Below, one piece after another: positions 1-12,185 of a stretch of 64,000 nt of DNA. The stretch's first letter is position 1; every line of letters begins with the position of its first letter. This DNA comes from Anthoceros angustus. Lineage: Eukaryota > Plantae > Anthocerotophyta. The position numbers and the translations under genes were made by a program. Below the pieces are notes generated by a model. It saw nothing but the letters and a program-made list of their open reading frames with translations. It ran no database searches and was not told the origin of the DNA. The stretch lies in NCBI GenBank assembly GCA_010909165.1, contig VJWM01000324.1, positions 1 through 64,000 on the forward strand. The letters run 5' to 3'.

Positions 1-2250
1 CCTCATGGGTTGTCCACCCTCTTGCCGTGGGTTGCCTACCTACCCGTAGTAGGTAGCATGGGTGCCTCCCTGGCACAAAGGAAATGGTGGGCGCACCCCC
101 ACCCTTGGTAATGGTCCTACCATGGTAGGCTGCTCACCTCCAGTAGGTGCATCCAAATACACCACCATTTGGCCTTCATCGTGAATCTCCGGTGTTGCCA
201 AGGCAATGACTCTTCTTACGCACATCACTTCTTTTTGCCCTTGGTCTTGCCGCCTTCTTTGGAGGATGCTGGTCCTCCCATGGTCCTCCTCAAAGCAAAC
301 AGTCGGGCCTCTCTAGGCTTGGTTGGAGATGGATAATTTGAAAGGATGCCAAGAGTCTTCTCCTTGCTCGTCAACTGACCCTCTCCTCCCATAAATGCAC
401 AAGGTAAGTGCTAAGGTAACAAGGCCTTGCACTTCCTTCATCTATGCGTTAGGCTTAAGGAGCTTCTCCTATGATGAATGTAAGCCTCATACATAATAGT
501 TCCCCAATCCGGTTTGCTCCTCCACAATCTTCCATAGGCCCGAAATTGGTCTTTGAAATAGGGGCGTGCGTTGATAGTTCACCAATCCCAAGACAATCTT
601 GGCAAAGAGCCTCCACTTGAGCTCTTTGATACTCTCCGTTTTCCAGCCATTCTTCGTCTTGGCCTTCATTCCACCTTCCATGAGGTCTAATACTTCTTGG
701 GGATATCCCTTGTGAGGCCCTTTTTCCCCATTAGTCCGCTCAATAAGGGCCACCTGAGTTCTCCTCATCCGACCTCCCATAAACTTGGCGAATGCTTGAA
801 TCAACGGCGAGATCGGTCCTAGCATTTCTTCGGCGGCGGCAAGAAGCGATCTCCGATTGATGGAGGTTGATGTAACACTCCTCAATCGGCTCCAAATTTG
901 TGTAGGCCTGGCGGCCATACACCCATCCTAATTGGATGTTCGGCTCTCCTCGGCCCATGGCACGAAATCCACCAAGTCTCGGGGTTGAGTTGCCCTGAAG
1001 CAGGTGTTGCGGCATTACCAAGCGGCCATTTGAGATAGCCCTTGACGGCCTTTGCCTCTCCTTGCACCTCCTTTGAGGTGAACCCCTCATTTGTTCCCTT
1101 TCTGTCACGGAACCCCGTGCCATACTGGAAACCGTTGTCGTTAGGATGGAAAACAAGCAAGTTGTGGACGTTTTTTCCTGCTTACGCCTGGCAGTTTGGT
1201 TTTTCTTCTCCGCTCTTGGCTTCCTGACTTCCTGGCGCTCCATCCTGGCAGACTCGGTGGCGCCTCCTCCAAGCTTGCTGCCTTCTTCTTTTTTTTCTTT
1301 CTTTGCCGTTCTTCTTTTCCCCGCTGGAGGTCCGCTCCTGCTCTCTTCTTTGACACTGTCGTCTTCGCTTCCTGGTTGCCCGCTCCCAACTTCCAGCTCC
1401 GCCCGCCTGCCTTCGCTTCGCTATCTCATACTGGACACTGGAAGACTGCTAAGTTTGCGACGGTGGCGTTGCTCTTGCTCCTTCACTCGCGGTCACTTGG
1501 CCTTGGAGCGTAATATTCTGCATGCGTCCGATCATAGGGGGGGAGAGAGAGTATGTACAGCCTCGTGCCCGGAGATTCCGCCACTCTCGGATGCGTGCCA
1601 CCTGGCTAGTTTTTATCCCTAGATCTCCTGCATTACTTCCTAAAAGAATTACTTCTACTTCCAAAACACTAAATCCTGTCTTGGCGGGAGCGATCTTTGT
1701 CAATCTTGCTTACTTCGGGCGAACATATATAGTTTGTCCTTGGCGTTGGTGTCGGAAAAATATTATCGACGTTCTTCCTTGGGCGTCCTTTTCATCATCT
1801 AATTTGGCGGATAATTTCCTTGTCCTTGATCCACGGTCTGCCAGTTCGCTTTGTCCTCGACGTGCGTTTTAGCGTTTCCCACATCGATCCTATAAATGTT
1901 CTCGCCATTAATTGAGTCGTTTGCTGACGCGTCTCTGGCGGTCCCACGTCCGGACCCTCCACAGTACTTGACTACTGAGTCACGATTCCCAACTTCCTCA
2001 CGACCCGTTGTACTTGGCCTTGGTTTGACATCACCGCGTGCGATTACCATCGTAGGTTGCTTCTCTACGGTGGCGGGTTGCTCACCTCGGGTAGTTGGCG
2101 GCTTACATGCGGTAGGTTGACAACTCATGGTCGTTGTCGACCTACTCTTCTACTCCAAAACACGGTGCATCCTAGTTTCTTTTGCCTATTCCCGCCTACC
2201 TAAACTTTTGCCTTCCTTAGAGCCTCGTGAACATCAAAAGGTTCAGATTT
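1..2250 (-). mobile_element. Unclassified TE-like region with fragmented minus-strand ORFs
   Basis: Several short frame-shifted minus-strand ORFs (487-918, 740-1243, 882-1160, 1799-2128) with charged low-complexity segments, no splice structure, adjacent to retroelement fragments; no diagnostic domain recognised. Confidence 0.3.
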
Positions 2251-2269
2251 TGTCCAACGTCATAGTTTC

Positions 2270-2720
2270 AAAAAGTTGTTGCTTTTCCTAAAAAACGGTG
2301 ACCCAAACTTTTCGTGCACACCCACAAGATGCAAGAGTGGGTCCAAATCATGCTTGATGTAGGACTCTCACTATCCTTCATGCGGATGTTGAAAAAGTCC
2401 CTATGAGCCATAATGAGAGAAACTGAACTCTTGTCCCGATAAATGAGTTTGAAGTTGCTCCAGACCACTGCAGATGTGTCCGCATCCATGGTATGGGGCA
2501 TCATATTCCTGTCGAGAGATGCCAGCAGAATGGAACGAGCTCTCCTATCCTTCCTCTGCCACGATAATATATCAGCTGCATTGTTAGGTTGAGCAACGGA
2601 TGGGCATACCCCATCTACTATGGACATCAACTCGTTCTCCTCCAAGATCCGGTCAATCGCATGACCAGTGATAGTCGTAAGCATTGAACGGTCCTTGTCC
2701 TTGAACTCGATCTTCAAGGA
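2270..2720 (-). mobile_element. Ty1/copia gag fragment (Retrotran_gag_2/UBN2-like)
   Basis: Translation LEENELMSIVDG...WQRKDRRARSILLASLD...DADTSAVVWSNFKLIY...FFNIRMKDSES matches the copia Gag pattern (L..ivdG...W...D..A...i..sl......ta..vW..L...y). Confidence 0.7.
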
Positions 2721-3698
2721 GCTCCGGGTTGACCATAGTTGGATTGTTGATAGGAAGCATCGATGGAATTGATTCCTAAATGGTATAAAATTAAAACCAC
2801 CACCGGGGAGCAAAACCGTGAAGGAAACCCCAGGTGTTGTTGTGATGAGCTTGCTCTGCGCTTCCCATTCGTGTTGGGTTCCAGATCTGCAGGGGTTGTC
2901 ACCATGCCAAAGAAGTTTTTGTCGGACCAGAACTGCTCACTGTGGAAGGGATCTGCCGAACTAAGTACACTGCGGTGCCACCTATGGAAGGAGGAACGTT
3001 GTTCCCGAGTTCCTCAAACGATCGAAGTCTTCAAAATCAAAGGTTGGAGCGTGCGGATTCATCTGGGTGCGGTGTGTGGAACCGGCGGGCCGAGCTACTC
3101 CATCTTGTCGCTCAAGCCTCCTAGGCCCAAGTCGTCTTCATCATCCGGTCCGGTCGGATCTGGAGAAGGCGCACCTGGACGCATATCAAGGCCGGAAGAT
3201 GATCAGTAGGGAGGCACGCCCGGGCGTCCCTGCGAGAAGATGGCTGCAAGGCGAGCGCGCTTCTCCTCTTCATAGTTGGTAGAAATGAGATACAATTGCT
3301 TGATTCCACTCATGAGGCAGCGTAGCACATCCTGGAGCCCTCTTATCTGTGCGCTGGCGGCCAAAAGCTCGTCTTCCTTTTGTTGAGGACGAAACCGTCG
3401 GGAAACAGGAGCAGATGAACGCCTTACCGGATGAGGACTCACAGGGGTGAGGTAGGACAACGCAACGAGGTGCTATTCACTCCTGGCGTTGCAGATGCAC
3501 TGGATCGTCTTGCGCGGACTTCGTTCAGGTAGCAGTCCAAGCAGAGACCATCAGTAATCGGCGTAGGAGATGGGGAGGATTCAAACCGAACTATCCTCTG
3601 CTGCGGACGAGGAGCAGTCCTACGCCTAGGCATCTTCACATGCTCCTCATCAGTGGGTCAAGACAGCTGCAGAGATTGCTCGTGGGTAGAATCATGTC

Positions 3699-3711
3699 GG
3701 CTCTGATACCA
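3699..3711 (-). other. tRNA-iMet primer-binding site of a minus-strand LTR element
   Basis: Plus strand GGCTCTGATACCA = TGGTATCAGAGCC on minus, the canonical plant PBS. No clear LTR is recognisable next to it. Confidence 0.65.
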
Positions 3712-4107
3712 TAGAACCATATACCCGGTGTTGGAGGAGAATGACTGGACAAAGGAGAGTCCAGCAGTGGTTACGAGGCGAGAGGAGGCTGAGCCACTCG
3801 CAGAGGGAGGTGGAGACCCGTGTTCCACCGGACATCGCCAAAAGTGCGGTGATGTTGGAAGATGAACAAGGAGGCCGGACCAAAGGGGTTCTTGCTGAAT
3901 CTTAGCAACCCGATGGAAGAAAGAAGTGCGCGCGAACAGCGCCGGTGAGGAACAACTAAGAGGCGTTGCGCCACTCGCTAATCAGACCGCAAGAGGTTCT
4001 AGCATCGATTTCTAGCTTTGCGACGCGCTACAAGATCGGAGTTTGTAGTGAGCTTGAGAGCTCTTGTGAGTCAAGATCTAGGAAGATCGAAGAGGCGTAA
4101 TACAAAA

Positions 4108-4343
4108 TGTAAGGGTATTAAAGTTTCAATGTACTTAGACTAATACACTTAGTCTAAGTTAGTGTCCATATCATTAGTTTAGCAAGCTAATCACTAGGAA
4201 GCTTCTTGTGCTCCTTCCTAGGAGCTTCTTGTGGAGCTTCCTAGGGAGCCGGTATAAATACCCTCCAAGCCTCATCTCAAAGAGAGTTACACTTGCCTCC
4301 TCCTCTCCTCTCCTCTTTCCACCATCATTGCCACGATCCTTCA
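4108..4343 (+). repeat. 5' LTR of copia element
   Basis: Begins TGTAAGGGTATTAAAG, ends CCTTCA; near-identical to 8356-8610; TATAAATA at ~4253. Confidence 0.9.
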
Positions 4344-7300
4344 ACGGTATCGAGCTTTTGGTTGTGTTGTGATGCTAGAATTTTCTAGCCGCAGATGGGC
4401 AGCCGTGGAATTGCGTGATCCAGATCGGCGAGGGCCGCGAACGCCGCAGCAGCCGAGCGGGCGCGCAAGGCCGCGACGGCAGCGCCGCCGCGCGCGCCGC
4501 GGCGCGCCGCGGAGGCCGTGGCGACACGGCGCGCTGGGCCGGGCGGCCGCCGCGCGGCCGCGGGCGCAGCCACAAGGCGCTGGGAGCGCGGCGCGGCGCC
4601 AGGGCGGGCGCTGGGCGCGGCGCGGCGCCAGCGCGGCGCGGGCATGGCGCGGCGCCGGCCAGCGGGCGGCCGCGGCGCGCGGAGCGCGCGGCGCCAGGCG
4701 CGGGCGGTGGCGCGGCGGGCGCGGCGAAGCCGCTGGCGCGGCGCGCAGCGCCGCGTGGCCGGGTGCGCTGGCGCGCGGCGCACAGCGCCGCTGGCGCCGC
4801 GGCCGGCGCGCGCGGGTGGTGCCGGGCGGGTGGCGGGCGGGCGCGTGGCGGCGCGCGGGCGTGAGGGCCGGCGCGCAGCACCAAATAAGGGTGCCGCCGG
4901 GCGGTGAGCGTAAAATTCGAAATATTCGGAATACAGTGGAATAACGCGGCAAAATACACGGGCCGACGTGATCTTTTCTTTGACTTTTTCGACAAGGCGA
5001 GTGAGTGTTTTATCAGTATCGATTTTTGAGTCATGATGTCTTCATCGAAAACGTCATGTTCAATATCGAGTTAGATGGTACTAACTTCCCGCTCGGAAAG
5101 AACAAGTGTATAATGTTCTAGTGTAAAAAGCGGATCAAGCCCATAAAGTTGTTAGGCGTCAAACCGGATAGTATGACACTGATGAGTGGGACTGGATGAG
5201 CTTGCTAGATCTACTATCATGCTAACATTGTCAAAAACAGGTACTTCAATGTGAAAGATAAGACCACGAGTTACGATGTGGGTTGCAGTGACTGTATGAG
5301 AAGTGCGGCTTGTGTATTGGTTGAAACAAATTGGTGGACTTGAAGATGAAGGAAGGGACGAGGATGTCCTCTCATCTCAAGGTATCACATCTCTGCATTC
5401 CGTGAGAGCTATGTTTCTGGTCACATTACTGCAGAGTTGGGACACCTTTCGACCGAGTAATCGCCTCGCTAGTGGTCTTACCATTGTAAATGTAGAAGGT
5501 AGAGCGTTAATCGAGGAGGTGAAGAAAACATGGAACCTTCCAAAGGTTCCAAAGTGCCCTCATAGTGAGAGGGAGGTCCATCGCAAGGGAAGCAACCGAT
5601 GTTTTCTCGTAGCAAATCTCGTAGTCGTAACAAGAATGTGGAGTGTCACTATTGTCACAAAGGGTCACTTCAAAAGAGAGTGCGAGAAGTTCAAAAGGAC
5701 CAAGGAAAAGAGAAGAAGGGGACGACAAGGCGACTTAATGTCAGTTGGAAGAGTTAAACTCGTTGAGGACGGAGATGTCCTTATCTCTTCTTACTTGAAT
5801 GCCACATAATATGTGGATAGTCATTTATTATATTGTAATTGATGGTGCATTTTCTTTCCATGTTAACATAGAGAGTGGTTTAGTGTGATATTGAAGGATC
5901 TATCTTGAAATGTATGCATGACAAGGATGCGTTCAGTGATGACAAGTTTAGGACAAAAGGATGATATGCGGTTGGATGATCTTGGTGATCAAGGTTCTTT
6001 ATCTCAGTTGTGACTTTGTACTCTTTGTGTGGTTGATCAAGATGTGTACTTTGGCAGACATCATTGTGGAATGAAGGTTTTATCGAAAATGTTTCTTTGG
6101 CATTGTCATGAGGACATATGATGAAGGTTTTATCTGGTTATATATCATCAATGAGTCTCGAGGAGTGTTTTATGAAGAGGATCATCACATAAGTAGTAAA
6201 CTTTTGATTGGTTGTGATGTATGTGGGATATCGATATGATTTGTCTTTATTGTATTTATCTTAGAGTGTGGCATTCCTGATGAAGGAAAAAGATGTTGAG
6301 TTGAATGATTTCCGGTTAAAATCAAAATTAATGAAAAAATGAGAGTCTCCTGAGATGTAGTTTGTTGTCAAGGAGATTTTTGTTTGGGTTTTGTTCATCA
6401 TCATTAAGATCTCCTAATAAGGTTGATGAGGCGTTCCAGAGGAGCTATGGTCCGGAAAGAAACCATCCTACAAGCATCCGCGAGTGTTTGTGAGGCATAC
6501 CGCCATGTTCCAAAAGAGTTTCGGGACAAGTTGGCACCTAAGTCCAAGAAATGTATTTTTCTTGGCTATGGTGATTCGGTGAGATGGGATACCGCTGGGA
6601 TCCGCTAGAAAGGTTGTTCGTACTAACGACGTGTTCTTCAATGAGAACAAGATGCATGAAGCCTACTCCAACGTGGAGGTGCGAAGGGTGATCTTCCAAG
6701 AAGATGGACATGATCATCATGGGCGGTTGATGGTAATGTGCGTGAGCACATTCCTCCACCGTAGATGAACCAAGAGTCGAACAAGCACCTATAGAGGTGC
6801 CTGCTCGAGGTCGATTACACGACCTCCGGGTATGATCCATCTCTGGATTAGACAGATTGAACCCTCTTCTTACAAAGAGGCCATGTCAATGAGTAACAAG
6901 AGAAGTGGGAGAAGGCCATGCAATGAAATGAATTCCGATAAGAACCAAACTTGGGAGTTGGTTCGTTGCTAAGGATAAGAAGGCACTATGCAAATGGGTG
7001 TACAAGATGAAGGTCATACCGCTTGATGGCAAACCAAAGTACAAGGCACGATTGGTTGCTAAGGGTTTCAAGCAACAACGGCATTGACTTTGATGAGATT
7101 TTCTCACCGAGTCAAAATGACAACTTTGCGATGTGTTCTTGCTTTGGTTGCGAATGATATGGAACTTAGCGATGGATGTCAAGACGGCATTCTTGCATGG
7201 TGACCTTCAAGAGGACGTCTACATGCAAAGAACCAAGGTTTTGTTGAGAAGGGCAAAGAGCATCCGTGTGCGTTGAGGAAGAGCCTTTATGGAAACAGCA

Positions 7301-8355
7301 CCCGAGAGTGGTATCACAAGTTCCACTCATTTATGCTTTCTCAAGGCTACAAACGAGCGATGAGGATCATTGCCTCTATAGCAAGCTAAGGATCAAAGCT
7401 TGCTCATTTTGATCCTCTATGTGGATGATATGCTAATTGTCGAACAAGATCGATGAGATTTTGAAGTCAAAGTTGAATGCTCACTTTGAAATGACAGACT
7501 TGGGAGAGGCGAGCCATATACTTGGCATGATTCGCCGGAATGACATAAGCATGCTTTATTTGTCTGCATTTTAATACATTAACAGGTGCTTCAACGCTTC
7601 AACATGGAGAAGGGAAGCCATTGGGTACTCCATTGCCTCCATATGTGAAACTTTCTGCGGATTGCCCAAGCTCGAGGAGGACAAAGTCGAAATGGAGAAG
7701 GTCCCATACTCATCACCGTAGGGAGTTTGATGTATGCAATGATTGCTACACGTCCCGACATTGCCTTTGCGTGGAGTGGTTAGTGTGTTTATGTCAAACC
7801 CGGCAAGAAGCATTGGGAGGCGATAAAAGGAGTTATGAGGTATCCGAATGGTACAAAAGCTTTGTGCATATGTTTTGGTAGTGAAGATGCATGTGGTTGG
7901 GTACACAGATGCTGATTATGCAGGGGATATGGACAAAAGGAGGTCCACATGTTATGTCTTCATGTGCACCGGAGGGGCATGGCGATCTGCTTGCATGCAT
8001 TACGCTATCTACCACAGAGGCCGAGTATGTTGCAAAGAATCGAGGCTTGCAAGGAAGCCATATGGCTTGCTCGCTTAGTGGGAGACTTGGGGATCAAGGT
8101 TGAGTTGCTGTTGCATTGTGATAGCCGAGTGCTATCCAATTGGCAAAGAATGTGTTTCATAAGACTAAACATGTGGATGTGAAGTATCACTTCATTCGAG
8201 AGGTGTTGGATGACAAGAGGGTACAACTTGTCAAGGTTCACACCAAACCCCGCAGATATTCTTACCAAGGGACTCTCACGGAGCAATTTGCACAAGCTCG
8301 GACAGATGAGGTAGTCCATTCTTCACGAAGGTAAATTGGCCTTTAAGTGGGAGGT

Positions 8356-8610
8356 TGTAAGGGTATTAAAGCAATGTACTTAGACTAATACACTTAGTCT
8401 AAGTTAGGTGTCGCTATATCATTAGTTTAGCAAGCTAATCACTAGGAAGCTTCTTGTGCTCCTTCCTAGGGGCTTCTTGTGGAGCTTCCTAGGGAGCCCT
8501 GTTGGAGGGTATAAATACCCTCCAAGCCTCATCTCAATGAGAGAGAGTTACACTTGCCTCCTCCTCTCCTCTCCTCTTTCCACCATCATGGGCTGCCACA
8601 CGGTCCTTCA
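8356..8610 (+). repeat. 3' LTR of copia element
   Basis: Begins TGTAAGGGTATTAAAG directly after the PPT, ends CCTTCA; matches 4108-4343 apart from small indels. Confidence 0.9.
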
Positions 8611-11022
8611 AGAGCCACTAGAGGTAAGGAGCATGCAAGTGGAAGTTAACGGGGTGGAACTGGTTGATTGTGGGGCCCCCGAGATTGAAATCGAGATAGC
8701 AGGGTGTTTAGTGCCATATGTCCCTTTGGATACGGGATCTGGAGTGAATTTGATGACCGAAAAAATAGCACATCGACTTGGGTTTACGAAATTCAGTCTC
8801 ATTCGTGTCTTCTTACGAATGGCGGACCAGACCAAGAGAAAGCCTTTGGGGGTCTTGCGCAACATCCCCACGGTGATTGGAGGCATCACCTTCAATCTGA
8901 CCTACATTGTGATGACCCGATGGACTTGGGTACAAGGTACTTCTTGGAGGCCGTCGTATGGGAGCTTTGCATCTTTGATTTTGGGAGGCGTGGAGTTACT
9001 TTGTCGAGCAAGACAGTCCCAAAGACAACGTCAGATCGTGGAGCAAGTCGCTTACGGGGGAGACCGAGTTCCACGACGGATACACTTTGTGGAGCACGGG
9101 CAAAAGTTCGTCCGAGCAATTTGGCTTACCAAGGACCAGCCAAAGCAATGAGATGGTGTATGGGGGGGGAGATCCCATGTTTTACACCGACGACATCGGA
9201 GGAAGAAGATTTGTGGAGGATGAGGAGCACCGAGAGGGTGCCGCCTTTTGAAGGGTCACGCCTATGATCACGACTTTCCGTGAGGAAGGATCAGCACGAG
9301 TGTGGGCGAGCCCGTAGGGAGTTTATGTAGACCCCGACGCAGGGAGGACATGGAGTTGAAGCCGCAAAAGTGTGAAAGTTTCCAAGTATCTCAGAGCAAG
9401 AGGAGTTGAAGGCCTTACTAAGGAAGTACATAGATGTATTTGCCTTTAAGGTCATCGATATGACCGGGATTCCTCAAGAGCTAGGAATCCATCGCATTGA
9501 CCTCAAGGAGGGAAGCACGCTCGAGTGAAGCAAGACTGCCTCAATCCCAAGTACTCCATGGTTGTGAAGGACCAATTGGACCCGAGGCGGGGTGATTTAT
9601 CCGCTCACCAGCGAATGGGTGGCGCCCATCGTGGTGGTTCCCAAGAAGCAACAAGGCAAGGTTCGTGGTTTGTCAAGATTTCGTGAGGCTCAACGGAAGA
9701 AGGACCACCATCCACTACCCTTCATGGATAGCGCTTTGGACACTATGGGTCATGAAATGCCAGCTTCCTAGATGGCTATTCGTTACAATCAAATCACGCC
9801 ACGCAAGGAGGATCAAGACAAGACCACTTTCACCACGATTGGGGACGCTTGCTCACGCCAAGCTTCCATTCGACTGCAATGCCCCGCAACTTTCCAACGA
9901 GTGGTAAACAGATCTTTAGAGATTTTCTTCGCAAGTTCATGGAAGTGTTTCTTGACGATTTTGTGTCTTTGGGAGGCAACACTCACATTGGGAACATCCG
10001 GGCTTGTTTTCAACGCTGTTGAGACCAACCTAAAACTTCACCTGGAAGTGTTTTTTCGGGATGACGGAGGGATTCTCCTCGCCATCGAAGTTTCAAAGAC
10101 GAGGACTCCAAGTGGACATGGAGAAAGTCAAGGTGATCGCAGATGGATGCACCCTGACAAAGGTGCCGAGCTTTCATAGGGTTAGTCGGCTATTACAGGA
10201 GATTCACAAAGATTTTGCAAGAAGGCAGCCGCCCCAAATTTCACAAAGAAGGACGTAGCATTTGAGTGGACAATGGAAAGAGAAGAAGCTTTCAACAACT
10301 AAAGAGGAGTTTGGTGGAGGCACCCACCTTGAGACCACCAAATTGGGAACAGCCATTTCACGGTAATGGATGTGTCTCACAGATGCGCTTGGGGCTTCTC
10401 GAGCAAGGACAAGAGAAGAGGGATCATCCTATCTTCTACGCAGGGGTTGATTGACGCGAGAGAAATATTCTAATCGAGAGGGAGGCTGGGGAATCATCTA
10501 CGCATGCAAGAAGTTTCGCCACTACCTCTTGGCCTCGCAAGGTAACCTTCCACGTTGATCATTTTTTGAAGTACCTAGTGAACAAGCCGGATTTGTTGAA
10601 AATTGCTCGATGGATTCTTTGTCGCAAGAGTTTGATTTTGATGTTGAGACGCGAGCGGTAAGAGACACATCAACGCTGGATTTCATCTCGAGGTTGAGAA
10701 CAATGTAAGGTCCGGAGACGACGATGGTTTCGACGAGGAGTTGGTCGAGACATTAGAGGATGAAGAGGAAGTTACAGAATGAGGTCGACAGTGAGCCCCA
10801 GAGGAAGAGCAGCCGGGTGTACAGTGGTCCGCCACAGCCGGATCCTAATCAGAAGGAAGTTCGATCGACTTCGTGGACAATGACGGAGAGACCGACGGCA
10901 GATAGCTAAGCCGAGTGCAGAATGTGAGGACGTGCCATGAGTCCTCAACCAAGATCAGCAACGACCGTGGCTCCACAAGGGCACAATGTCGCGCCAGATT
11001 TCGAAGGGATAGAGAAGGGCGA
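8611..11022 (+). mobile_element. Ty3/gypsy pol remnant (aspartic protease, RT, RNase H; no integrase seen)
   Basis: Protease VPLDTGSGVNLM ~8720-8755. RT motifs DQDKTTFT ~9810, PF(G)LCNAPATFQRVVN ~9865-9910, FLDDFCV ~9950. RNase H LVEAPTLRPPNWEQPFH ~10310 and KKFRHYLL ~10510. Purine tract GAAGGGATAGAGAAGGGCGA 11003-11022. Many frameshifts. Confidence 0.9.
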
Positions 11023-12185
11023 TGTCATGCCGTGTGATACTAATCTCTGCACTTGGGTTTAGTGTTTGATTAGCATTAATTGATCTAATTACTTATCTTT
11101 AAGTAAGTAATTAGTATTAATTAATCTAAGATGCTTATGCTAATTAAGCATTGGTTAGTATTAATAATCTAATTAATTAAGCTAAGTGGATAAGCTCAAG
11201 TAATATGCTTTGGCATATTCCTTGCATATTATAGTGTATTCTTAGGATACAATAGCTAAGTGGATAAGCTCAAGAATGCTTTGCATATTCCTTGTATATT
11301 ATAGTGTATTCTTAGGATATTTCAGACATGTATGCGTAATAGGATATCTTAGAATATGCCAATGCCAAGGGCTAGTATATATAGACCCTTCCATTGAGGA
11401 CAAGCTCAGATCATAGCTTGTCCTCTAGATATGCAATGCAAAGGTGTTGTGAGGAGGTGTGGCGCGACTTTTGCTGACGGCCAGCCGGGCGCGCACGGTC
11501 CCGTATCGTTGTAGTAAGAGGTCCGTTCCCAAGAGAATAATAGGTTCCGTTTGGCACGTCTCGACCGATTCTCATCTCACCGTCGTGACCGTTTCGGACT
11601 CAAACCGCGCGCTTTTGCAGTTTTACTACTAACTACTCTTAACGTCCACCGAACAGGCCCGACGTGGCCAAACGTTTAAAGACTCGTTCACGTCCATATC
11701 CTACCAGTCAGCCCTATGTTCGTCTAGTTCGTCTTCCTTACCACTCTCACTACGCTCATCGTTCGTTTGGAAAGAGTGGGTGGGTCGCGTGGTCCGGACC
11801 TCCGCCGCTGCTCCACTGTGCCTCCGTCCGGCTCTACACGCCCGGAGTTCCACTGCTCACACGCCCGGCCCCATCTCGAGTCAGCCTCCAAGAGCAAGGG
11901 TCTGGTCGCTCGCCTCGCACACACCACCACGCTAGGGTCCCATCAACCTTGATCAATCTCTCCGGCCGGCTTGCTGTGACTTAGGACTCGCGTTAGCAAA
12001 GACGCCTGAGGTCTACAAGGAACGTGGTATCCACAAAAGAAAGATGCTTTACTAGAATCGCCTTCTTATACGCCGCCTAAGGGCGGCATCTTTATTATCG
12101 CCTATTAAATGGGTGGCCACTCGAAGCCCTAGCACGCCTATTATTCCTCTATTCCGCCTAGAGGTAGATTAGGGAAGAGAGAGAA

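Larger units (their letters stand above)
4108..8610 (+). mobile_element. Full-length but frameshifted Ty1/copia LTR retrotransposon (LTR-PBS-gag-PR-INT-RT-RH-PPT-LTR)
   Basis: Paired LTRs at 4108-4343 and 8356-8610. Degenerate PBS CGGTATCGAGC ~4345. Gag zinc knuckle C-H-Y-C-H..GHFKREC ~5640-5690. Integrase C-terminus HVPKEFRDKLAPKSKKCIFLGYG ~6505-6575. RT KYKARLVAKGF ~7040 and DVKTAFLHGDL ~7175-7210. RNase H VGYTDADYAGDMDKRRST ~7895, EACKEAIWL, KTKHVDVKYHFIRE ~8160. PPT AAGTGGGAGGT 8345-8355. No matching 5-bp TSD (CAAAA vs AGAGC). Confidence 0.92.

Noticed and set aside
3699-3711. tRNA-Met gene fragment (also 15866-15878)
   Set aside because: Only the 12-13 nt complement of the tRNA 3' end, i.e. 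retroelement primer-binding sites; no cloverleaf.
4341-5034. Six overlapping Arg/Ala/Gly/Pro-rich ORFs of 129-219 aa
   Set aside because: By-product of ~90% GC with few stop codons; no domain; lies in the copia leader.
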